A stretch of 18,228 nucleotides of DNA from Candidatus Zixiibacteriota bacterium (GTDB lineage Bacteria; Zixibacteria; MSB-5A5; GN15; FEB-12), in contig JBGSIV010000066.1 of NCBI GenBank assembly GCA_041742355.1, forward strand, positions 1 to 18,228. The letters run 5' to 3'. Each line of letters starts with the position of its first letter. Position 1 is the first letter of the stretch. The translations under genes were made by a program, and so were the position numbers. The notes beneath the pieces are model-generated. The model was not told the origin of the DNA and ran no database searches. It worked only from the letters and a program-made list of their open reading frames with translations. Positions 9,051-16,329 of the stretch are shown here, one piece after another.

Positions 9051-10664
9051 TTAGATATCCTGCTCCTTCTCTCTGGTCCGACGGGTCTTTTTCGATTTCG
9101 CCGCCACTCCCCCTGAATCCGGCACGTGCTGCCCCAGCACATCGTCAACCGTCCGGCGAATCTTCCCGGAGTCGGTCAGCGAGAGCGACGGCACGATCGC
9201 CACTGCCTGCGGAATCAGGGCCGGCTCCAGGTGCTGCCGGCAGTGCGCCAGCACTCCCTTCTCGTCGAGCGTCGAACCCTCCCGGAGCACGATCTCCGCC
9301 CGGATCGCCTGCCCGCACAGCTCGTCGGGCACGCCCACCACCCGCGCGTGCAGTACGTCCTCCAGCAGGTAGAGCGCGTCCTCGATTTCTTTCGGATGCA
9401 CCCGCTCCCCTCGGCACTTGATGATGTCGTCGGTGCGCGCGACAAAATAGAGATACCCCTCATCATCCATGCTGAACAGGTCTCCGGTGTGGAGCACCTG
9501 CTCCCACGGGTACTTCCCCGGCTTCAGGCGCCGCGCAGTCGCCTCCGGATCCCGCCAGTATCCCCGCATGACCGTCGCTCCCCGCACCACCAGTTCCCCG
9601 ACCTTCCCCCGCGGCACTTCCACTCCCTTGTCGTCGACGATCATCACCTCGAGATTCGGCATCGCGATGCCCACCGACGACGGTTTTTCATCCAGATGCT
9701 CCGGCGGCAGGTACGACACGCGCTTGCACTCGGTCAGCCCGTACATCGAGAAAATCCGCGCCTTCGGAAACGCCTTCTGCAGCCGGGGCACGTACGCCGG
9801 CGGCAGCGGCGCCGCCGTATTGGAGATGTACCGGACGGTCGGGAAGGTCTCCTTCTCCATCGCCTCGAGTTGCAGCAGGATCGCCATGATTGTCGGCACC
9901 AGCGGCAACCCCGTCACCTCGTGCTTCCGGATCAGCTCGATAATCTGGTAGGGAAAGGCGAAGGTCGGCTCCACCACCAGAGTCGCCCCTATCTGCATCG
10001 CCATGATCAGCTGGTACAGCCCGTAGTCGAAGGAGAAGGGCAGCATGTTGAGGATGACGTCGTCGCTCCGGTTCTCCAGGTAGCTCGTGATCGAGGTGGA
10101 GGCGGCCACCATGTTGCGGTGGGTCATCGTCACCCCCTTGGGGTCGCCCGTCGAACCCGAGGTATAGATGATCGCCGCCAGATCATCGTCGATCATCCGC
10201 GGCCCCTGAAACGGACGAAAACAGTCGAAAATCGCCGGGATTCCGGTCTCGGCCCGGTCGTAGTCGGTGTACAGGAGCACCGGCGGCTGGGCCAGTTCGG
10301 CTGCCGCCGACTCCACCAGCGGCTCGGCTTCTTTGGGCGTCACGACAAATCGTGGCTCGGCATTGGCGAAGATCTTCCTGAGCTTGGCCTCTCTCACCCC
10401 CGGATTGACCACCGAGAAGCACCCTCCGGCCTGCAAGACGCCGAAAATCGAGATTGCGGTTTCCGGCTGGTTGCCGGCGTATATGACCACCCGATCCCCC
10501 CGCTCCAGCCCGTTGCTCGATAGAAAGCCCGCCAGCGCCTGCGCCGCGTGGCCGAACTGCGCATACGATAACCGCTGGGTGCCGAAAATCAGGGCCGTCT
10601 TGTCCGGCGTCTTCTGGGTCGAGTTCCGAAGAAAATCATGTACCAGCATAAACGAATTCCCCAT
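9051..10664 (-). CDS. Stand-alone class I adenylate-forming (AMP-binding) enzyme, resembling exosortase-associated ligases and NRPS A domains
   Basis: 537 aa. Core motifs YTSGSTGDPKG (A3), PFSFDYG (A4), MYGLTE (A5), GELVVRG (A6), HTGDL (A7), RTDDIIKCRGERVHPKEIE (A8), LTDSGKI (A10). Alternative start ATG 10649 (MLVHDFL), preceded by GGGGAA. Confidence 0.92.
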   Translation of the reverse strand: MGNSFMLVHDFLRNSTQKTPDKTALIFGTQRLSYAQFGHAAQALAGFLSSNGLERGDRVVIYAGNQPETAISIFGVLQAGGCFSVVNPGVREAKLRKIFANAEPRFVVTPKEAEPLVESAAAELAQPPVLLYTDYDRAETGIPAIFDCFRPFQGPRMIDDDLAAIIYTSGSTGDPKGVTMTHRNMVAASTSITSYLENRSDDVILNMLPFSFDYGLYQLIMAMQIGATLVVEPTFAFPYQIIELIRKHEVTGLPLVPTIMAILLQLEAMEKETFPTVRYISNTAAPLPPAYVPRLQKAFPKARIFSMYGLTECKRVSYLPPEHLDEKPSSVGIAMPNLEVMIVDDKGVEVPRGKVGELVVRGATVMRGYWRDPEATARRLKPGKYPWEQVLHTGDLFSMDDEGYLYFVARTDDIIKCRGERVHPKEIEDALYLLEDVLHARVVGVPDELCGQAIRAEIVLREGSTLDEKGVLAHCRQHLEPALIPQAVAIVPSLSLTDSGKIRRTVDDVLGQHVPDSGGVAAKSKKTRRTREKEQDI

Positions 10665-10820
10665 ACCTTAACTGTTTCCTGACAGGCGCGGTCGCGCGCA
10701 AGCGGCCCGGGGAAAGGGTCAAGGCTGGGACTTGGGGAGAAGACTGGCTCGGTGAGACTTACGCTGGACATGACGCCCGTGAATATTACCGGAAGAGGTG
10801 AAGCGGCGTCGAGGTATACC

Positions 10821-10849
10821 ATAATAACAACCTCGCCCGAACCTGTCAA
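10821..10849 (-). promoter_or_regulatory. Near-consensus sigma70 promoter (extended -10) for the adenylation gene
   Basis: Minus strand TTGACA (10849-10844), 17-nt spacer ending in TGt, TATTAT (10826-10821). Confidence 0.7.
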
Positions 10850-10917
10850 CCCGATATGCTGTTTATCCGATAGAAAGAAGTGTCGATATACCTGTTGAGC
10901 GCCGATGGCGAATGCCG

Positions 10918-10946
10918 TTGACATCGGGACCGGGGATGCACATATT
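10918..10946 (+). promoter_or_regulatory. Putative sigma70 promoter for the carrier-protein gene
   Basis: TTGACA (10918-10923), 17-nt spacer, CATATT (10941-10946). Back-to-back with the promoter at 10821-10849. Confidence 0.55.
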
Positions 10947-11042
10947 CCCAACCCGTAGCCCCCGCCGCCGGCTGCTGCGCGAAGAACGCGTTTCTTCGCA
11001 CCGATGATTGTGTGTGGACTAGTTAAGCAGACAGGAGGACAC

Positions 11043-11288
11043 GTGAGCATTCGCCACGAACTGCGTTCGTTCATAAAAGACAACTTCATGATCGGGCGAA
11101 ATCCCGACGAGCTGACCGACAACGGTTCTCTCCTCGAACTGGGCATTATCGACTCCACCGGCGTGCTGGAGCTGGTCGGCTTCCTCGAGGAACGCTACGG
11201 CATTCAGGTCGAAGATAACGAACTCGTACCGGAGAACCTCGACTCCCTGGAAAATCTCGAACGTTACGTTTCAAGGAAGAACTGCTAG
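11043..11288 (+). CDS. Acyl/peptidyl carrier protein (phosphopantetheine-binding)
   Basis: GTG start at 11043 after a strong SD AGGAGG (11033-11038). 81 aa, acidic, LLELGIIDSTGVLELVGFLE with the attachment Ser at 11154-11156, and the typical ...ELVPENLDSLE tail. Confidence 0.93.
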   Translation: MSIRHELRSFIKDNFMIGRNPDELTDNGSLLELGIIDSTGVLELVGFLEERYGIQVEDNELVPENLDSLENLERYVSRKNC

Positions 11289-11330
11289 GTAAACGCCGGG
11301 CCGAGCGGGCAGCGCTCTCCCACTACCGCA

Positions 11331-11357
11331 TCAATCATTCGCCAATGCTGCCGATAC
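11331..11357 (+). promoter_or_regulatory. Sigma28 (FliA/SigD)-like promoter
   Basis: TCAA (11331-11334), 15 nt, GCCGATAC (11350-11357), versus the consensus TAAA-N15-GCCGATAA. ATG follows at 11365. Confidence 0.5.
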
Positions 11358-11364
11358 GGATATC

Positions 11365-12192
11365 ATGAAGCGGTTGTTCATCTCTCTGCTCCTCTCGGCC
11401 GGCCTGCCGGCGGCAGCCGTGCGCGCCCAGGAGCCGGTCTACCCGGACAACAGCAGCGTCACCTCCCTGTACCACCTCAGCGATTCGGTCCTCTCCGCCG
11501 CCGATACCCTGATTGTCACCCGCACCCTGACCAACGCCGAGTCTTTTCCCCTGACCGGCCTGTACTTCAGCGACAACCTCCCGGCCGGCCTGAACGTCGT
11601 CGGTTACACGGCGACGCTCAATGGCGCCCCGCTCGCTGTCGCTTTCGCCGGCCCGCTGGCCGGGAATGTCATCGGGGATTTCCGAACCTACCGCTGGGTG
11701 GTTGACTCCCCCGAACCGACGGACTACATCAGCCGGACGATCTACCCCGGCGACCAGGTCCGCCTGACCTACCGCATCGCCGCGTCCGATATCGGCGACT
11801 TCGTGCTGCCGCTCCACACCACCGTTTGCTTCGGCAACGGCGACGGTATCTTCGCCACGGGTCAGGGTTCCCTGCGGGTCACCATTGAATCCGATGATGA
11901 CGATCCTGACAACCTCCTCCCCGCCACGTACCTTGTCACGTCGGCGTACCCCAACCCGTTCAACGCCGAAGTAGCCATCTCGTACGAAGGCGCCAACGTA
12001 GCCGCCAACCCGATCGACTTCGAGGTGTTCAACCTCCTCGGCCAGGAACTGGCCCGCTACCGGGTCGTCGCCGAGGGCGACGCCGGCATAATCATGTGGA
12101 GCCCCGATGCCGCCACCGGCACCGGCGTCTTCCTCTACCGTCTCTCTTGTGCGGGAAGAACATCAACCGGCAAGCTGATGTTGCTGAAGTAG
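11365..12192 (+). CDS. Secreted protein with DUF11-like Ig domain and C-terminal T9SS type A-like sorting domain
   Basis: 275 aa. Signal peptide MKRLFISLLLSAGLPAAAVRA. DTLIVTRTLTN...LYFSDNLPAGL and IYPGDQVRLTYRI resemble the DUF11 pattern. Acidic linker ESDDDDPD. CTD SAYPNPFNAE...VFNLLGQ...GVFLYRL...GKLMLLK. Confidence 0.8.
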   Translation: MKRLFISLLLSAGLPAAAVRAQEPVYPDNSSVTSLYHLSDSVLSAADTLIVTRTLTNAESFPLTGLYFSDNLPAGLNVVGYTATLNGAPLAVAFAGPLAGNVIGDFRTYRWVVDSPEPTDYISRTIYPGDQVRLTYRIAASDIGDFVLPLHTTVCFGNGDGIFATGQGSLRVTIESDDDDPDNLLPATYLVTSAYPNPFNAEVAISYEGANVAANPIDFEVFNLLGQELARYRVVAEGDAGIIMWSPDAATGTGVFLYRLSCAGRTSTGKLMLLK

Positions 12193-12234
12193 CCGCCCCA
12201 AAATCTCCCGAGTAGCCCTTTACGAGTCCCCGTT

Positions 12235-12879
12235 TCAGAGCACGCCGAACGGCAACGCCGCCTGCACGTACGGATCGATCGCCTGCGCGAACCTCAGCGC
12301 CCGCGCCATCGCCTCATCCGTATTCCCCTCGTACACCGGCACCGTAATCCGCACCAGCGCCGCGTCGGTCGGGCGCATCGCCAGCGCATTCTGCAACAAA
12401 TCCAGTTTCAGCCCATATTCATCGCGCACCACCCGCGACCGCGTCTGGTACCAGTACAGCATCAGGCTCTCGTGCTCTCCGAACGCGATCCGCAGGCGGT
12501 TCACTGTCCGCGGCGGCGCTCCGGCCAGGCTCAATTCCACCGCCTCATGCGCCTCGATCTGCCATCCGCCCCCCGGCAGGCAGTGCCGCGGAGAATGAAT
12601 TCCCGCCCCGAACCGCTGCGACTCGAAGTACGCCACGAACAACTCGTTGGTCCCGCTGTCCGCCGAAAGGTACCGCTTCATGGTCGTCGAGGTCGCGTTG
12701 AGCACTTCATACGTCGTCTGGTCGAATAACTCCTCCCGCCCCGCATACCCTGCCACCTGCAGGGGGATCGACGCGAACTCCGCCTGGCGGTCCGGCTGGT
12801 TGCCCACGAACCGGAAATAGTTGCCGATCAGTCCACCGACGAGCAGGAGCGCCCCCGCAATAAGAATCCGGGTCTTCAT
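12235..12879 (-). CDS. epsI: EpsI family protein (exosortase-associated)
   Basis: 214 aa. N-terminal membrane anchor, IPLQVAGYAG, LFVAYFESQR, IHSPRHCLPGGGW, LYWYQ, TDAALVRI. Overlaps the exosortase stop (ATGA at 12879-12876). Confidence 0.9.
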   Translation of the reverse strand: MKTRILIAGALLLVGGLIGNYFRFVGNQPDRQAEFASIPLQVAGYAGREELFDQTTYEVLNATSTTMKRYLSADSGTNELFVAYFESQRFGAGIHSPRHCLPGGGWQIEAHEAVELSLAGAPPRTVNRLRIAFGEHESLMLYWYQTRSRVVRDEYGLKLDLLQNALAMRPTDAALVRITVPVYEGNTDEAMARALRFAQAIDPYVQAALPFGVL

Positions 12880-13784
12880 CGGCTCAACCTCCGCAATCCC
12901 ACCGCGAGAATCGACAGCAGCACGAACGCCACGACGAACACCGACAGCCCCAGCAAGGTGTGGTACGGCTCGGTGGTCGGATCGAGTTGCCCCACGTAGG
13001 CGATCACCGCCGTTAGGAACACCCGCACCACGTTGCCGATGACCGCTACCGGAATAGCCAGCAGGAAGATCGCCATTTTGCCCCAGAACTTCGGCTGCGA
13101 CATGTATCCGAAAATCGCCCCCATTGCCATCAAGGATATCAGCGACCGCATGCCCGAGCAGGCCTCGGCCACCTCCAGCGGACGGTCCGGCAGCACGATG
13201 ATATTCCCCTGCCGCAGCACCGACATCCCCAACCCCTGCATCATCTCCACCGAAACCTTGCTGGCCAGAAGCTGCATCGGAAAGGTCAGCGAGTAGTAGA
13301 TCACGCCGGGGATCGGGATCATGAACAGGAGGATGAAGAAGGCAAACCAGGTCCGGCGGATAAACTCCGCGCCGAGCAGGTACAGAGCCAGTCCGAACAG
13401 CACCATCACCATTGAGATCGCGATAATGAAGTACTCGACCCCCGCGTTGCCGAACACGAACAGCGTCATCCCGATCACCAGCAGGAGCAGCCCGAGGCGG
13501 CTTGGCCGGACCGCCAGCCCGGCCAGTTCGGCCCGCTTGTGCCAGAGGAAGTAGGCGGCGATCAGAGGCACAAGAAACCCGTGGGAGTAGTTCGAGTCAT
13601 CCCACCAGCGCTGCACCAGATCGACCAGCACCGGCGCAAACACCAGAAGGAAGAGCGCCCCGATGAGCCAGGTCGACTTCCGTTCGATCACCGCCGCTGC
13701 CGCTAGTGTGTTCTTCGATTGTGCGTCCATCGCTGCCACTTCGCCTTGTTCCGAGTTATCGCTGTCAGAGAGTACCGTCCGCAT
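12876..13784 (-). CDS. xrt: Exosortase (EpsH/exosortase-archaeosortase family transpeptidase)
   Basis: Polytopic membrane protein with YSHGFLVP, LLFMIPIP, and the catalytic triad motifs LEVAEACSGMRSL (Cys codon 13158-13160), NVVRV (Arg) and YHTLLG (His). Start is either 13784 or ATG 13730. Confidence 0.93.
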   Translation of the reverse strand: MRTVLSDSDNSEQGEVAAMDAQSKNTLAAAAVIERKSTWLIGALFLLVFAPVLVDLVQRWWDDSNYSHGFLVPLIAAYFLWHKRAELAGLAVRPSRLGLLLLVIGMTLFVFGNAGVEYFIIAISMVMVLFGLALYLLGAEFIRRTWFAFFILLFMIPIPGVIYYSLTFPMQLLASKVSVEMMQGLGMSVLRQGNIIVLPDRPLEVAEACSGMRSLISLMAMGAIFGYMSQPKFWGKMAIFLLAIPVAVIGNVVRVFLTAVIAYVGQLDPTTEPYHTLLGLSVFVVAFVLLSILAVGLRRLSR

Positions 13785-13885
13785 CCTCCCGCCGCAACAA
13801 CAAACGACGGCCGGTTGAAGGCTGCGCTGGTCCTCCGGCGCTGCCTCTTGGGCTTATAATCGGTAATCAGTTGGTAAAATCTGAG

Positions 13886-14917
13886 CTAGTGCCGAAGGGA
13901 CAGGACCTTGCGGCGAACCGCCAGCACTCCCCTCGCCAGTCCGCCGGGCAAGGCCGACAAGAACCGGTGAATCATCGGCACATCATGCACTTGAGCCAAT
14001 TGTGCCCGCGCCTCCGCCGTCCGCCCCTCCGATATCAATCCCGCCGCGACGACTACCCGATTCTCATCCAGCAGCCGCCGATACGCCTCCCCATGGATCT
14101 TCTGGAACTCCGCATCGGGTCCCCAGACCTCTTCGAGAATAAACACGCGCGATACCGCCCGCGCATAGGTATCGGCATCGGTCACCCGGTCGCCCGTATG
14201 CCCGTTCTGTATCGCCAAATCGCAATCCAAATAGGCCACCGGGCCGCACTGCGCCACCCGGGCGAAACAGGCCCACTCCTCGAAAATCTTGATCCCCTCC
14301 GTGAAGCGCAGCTCCTTCACCAGGCTCCGCCGCACCATCGCCGTTTGCGCCGCGACATAGCACTGATCCAGAAGGCACCGGTACAGATCGCCCGTGTACA
14401 CCCGCACATCGTCTTTCCCTTCCGGCCACTCGGCCATCTGCGACAGCAGCTTCGGTTCGCCCAGGCGATCCTCCCACGGCCGGCTGTCCCCCGTCCACCG
14501 CCGGATCCCGCCTTCGACCAGCCGTCCGTCGACAAACCGCAGCTTGAAATCGGAGAAACACAGGACTATGTCCGGTCGCGCCGCCATCAGACGGCACTGC
14601 GGATCGAGTTTGCCGGGCAGCCACTCGTCATCCGAATCGTTGAAAGCGATCAGGTCGTGCTTGGCCTCCGCAATCCCCTTATTGCGCGCCGCCGCCACCC
14701 CGGCATTCTTCTGCCAGACGTAGCGAACCGAGCTGCCACTGCGTTTCGCCCTTTCCGCGTACGGCTCGACTGCCGCCGCCGTATTATCCTTCGAGCCATC
14801 ATCGACAACGATGATTTCATCTCCCGGGCACACCTGTGGAAGCACCGACTCCAGCGCCCGCCCGATCATGTCCGCTCGGTTGTAGGTCGGAATGATAATC
14901 GATACCGCTTGCCGCAT
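13886..14917 (-). CDS. Glycosyltransferase family 2 (GT-A fold)
   Basis: 343 aa. VSIIIPTYNR, EIIVVDDGSKD, NAGVAAARNKGI, IAFNDSDDEWLPGKL (DxD). Helical C-terminal extension. Confidence 0.93.
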   Translation of the reverse strand: MRQAVSIIIPTYNRADMIGRALESVLPQVCPGDEIIVVDDGSKDNTAAAVEPYAERAKRSGSSVRYVWQKNAGVAAARNKGIAEAKHDLIAFNDSDDEWLPGKLDPQCRLMAARPDIVLCFSDFKLRFVDGRLVEGGIRRWTGDSRPWEDRLGEPKLLSQMAEWPEGKDDVRVYTGDLYRCLLDQCYVAAQTAMVRRSLVKELRFTEGIKIFEEWACFARVAQCGPVAYLDCDLAIQNGHTGDRVTDADTYARAVSRVFILEEVWGPDAEFQKIHGEAYRRLLDENRVVVAAGLISEGRTAEARAQLAQVHDVPMIHRFLSALPGGLARGVLAVRRKVLSLRH

Positions 14918-14993
14918 TCTTCACCTCGATGCCGGATTCACGTGCTGTGTGTGGTCCCTGCCGACCGGCCGGGGCCAATCACCCGTCTTCCTG

Positions 14994-16178
14994 CTATTTT
15001 TTCACGATCGAACGCACCGCGTGGAGCCCCGCCTTCAGGCCGGGTACACTCCGGAAGTGCTGCCGCGCCCGCTTCGGCCATACCCCGGCCACCACCGAAC
15101 GCACCCGGTTCGGATATACCCACAGATCGAAGTACGGCTCCTTCGCGGGGCGCCAGCTCGACAGCCACGTTCGATCTGTTACAAAATTCACGCTGTCCGT
15201 ATCCGGGTCGGCAAACGCCTTACCGAGCATTTCCCCGATCAGAAGGAAGCCTGGTGAGCACTCTGCGTACGCTTCGTCATAGCCGATCTTCCACAACACG
15301 AGCGTTCGCCCCGATCGGATCGCGAAATGCCCCGCCACATACCGATCGTCGACCCGCAGGAAGTGCCACTCCAGCACCCGCCGTGCGTGGAGCCGTGCGC
15401 ATACCGCCGAGTAAAATTCCCGCAGCCGCGGATCGGCGCCGACCGCTGATCCCTCGCGCCCCTTCCAGCCGGCTGCTTCCAGCACGGCGAAGCGGTCGAG
15501 GTACTCCGGATTCGCTTCCGCCCCGGTGTAAAACTCCGAGTGCACCGTCCCGAACTTCGCCAGCTTGCGGCCGTACTGCCGGAAGTGCTTCCGGAAGTGG
15601 CCGGAGCACTCGTTCATAAAGAACTCATCCCATGTCCCCTGCGTCGCCCGCACCGTCGCCAGCCCGCTCGGATTGACCACTGCCCGCGTCTCCTCCAGTG
15701 CTTCGACTTCTCTCAGCAGCTGAGACCTTTCCTCCACCCCCAGCAGCTCCACCCCGAACCACTCCGGTACCGTCTCGTCCAGCGCCTTCCGAAACGCCGT
15801 CACGACCCGCCGTTCCCACCCCGGCGTGATCACCGCGTCGATCGACCGGGTGTGCCCGTCCCCCGGCTGATGCAGCGAAACGACCATCTTCCCCAAAACC
15901 GGAATCCGGCGCTCCTCCAGCGTCAATACCCCCACCAGCCGTCCGTCGGCCACCGCCGCCAGGCACAACCAGGGGCGTTCGGTCGGCTGACGGAATTCCA
16001 GGTGGGCCGACAACCACGCGTGCGACAGCATCGGCAAACGCCCGTTGCTGAAAACCAGGTCGTCCCAATCCTCGGCGTACGGCTCCAGATCGGCCAGCGT
16101 CCGAAGAACTCGGACCTCCAGCGCCTTCGACCTGACAACTTCCTGCTTTACTATCGATCCGAATTGGTCCATGCTCAC
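14994..16178 (-). CDS. GNAT-fold acyltransferase (CelD/BcsL-like, Acetyltransf_6/FemAB-like), paralog 1
   Basis: 394 aa. W..LV...HAWL..., GRLVGVL, SGHFRKHFRQYGRKL, LEAAGWKG, LVLWKIGYDEAYAECSPGFLL. Start GTG 16178 or ATG 16172. Confidence 0.85.
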   Translation of the reverse strand: MSMDQFGSIVKQEVVRSKALEVRVLRTLADLEPYAEDWDDLVFSNGRLPMLSHAWLSAHLEFRQPTERPWLCLAAVADGRLVGVLTLEERRIPVLGKMVVSLHQPGDGHTRSIDAVITPGWERRVVTAFRKALDETVPEWFGVELLGVEERSQLLREVEALEETRAVVNPSGLATVRATQGTWDEFFMNECSGHFRKHFRQYGRKLAKFGTVHSEFYTGAEANPEYLDRFAVLEAAGWKGREGSAVGADPRLREFYSAVCARLHARRVLEWHFLRVDDRYVAGHFAIRSGRTLVLWKIGYDEAYAECSPGFLLIGEMLGKAFADPDTDSVNFVTDRTWLSSWRPAKEPYFDLWVYPNRVRSVVAGVWPKRARQHFRSVPGLKAGLHAVRSIVKK

Positions 16179-16268
16179 GACAAATCTGGGTTATTCTCCT
16201 GCCCCCAAGGCCTGCGACCCGGAAAGAAAGCGACTCTACCTTGCGGAGCCTTACTCATCGGGACCAGC

Positions 16269-16297
16269 AATATACCGGAAAATCGAAGATCTGTCCA
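16269..16297 (-). promoter_or_regulatory. Putative sigma70 promoter for GNAT paralog 1 and the GT2 gene
   Basis: Minus strand TGGACA (16297-16292), 17-nt spacer, TATATT (16274-16269), in the intergenic gap 16179-16329. Confidence 0.55.
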
Positions 16298-16329
16298 GTA
16301 CACGTTTTCGCGACCTGGCCGGCCCATGT

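Noticed and set aside
9126..10523. 465-aa plus-strand ORF
   Set aside because: Antisense shadow of the adenylation enzyme; no recognisable domain.
10754..10764. 11-mer GAGACTTACGC shared with the minus strand at 6645-6655
   Set aside because: Opposite orientation relative to the nearest genes, and a single 11-mer match among intergenic regions is plausible by chance.
10589..11158. 189-aa minus-strand ORF spanning the divergent intergenic region
   Set aside because: Overlaps the ACP gene antisense and the ligase start, runs through two promoter-like elements, and has no protein-like features.
6977..11288. Classical NRPS/PKS secondary-metabolite cluster
   Set aside because: No condensation, ketosynthase or thioesterase domains in the window. 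The context (exosortase, EpsI, GT2) favours envelope modification, though a small-molecule product cannot be fully excluded.
12193..12234. Terminator between the convergent DUF11-CTD gene and epsI
   Set aside because: No convincing stem-loop found in the 42-bp gap.
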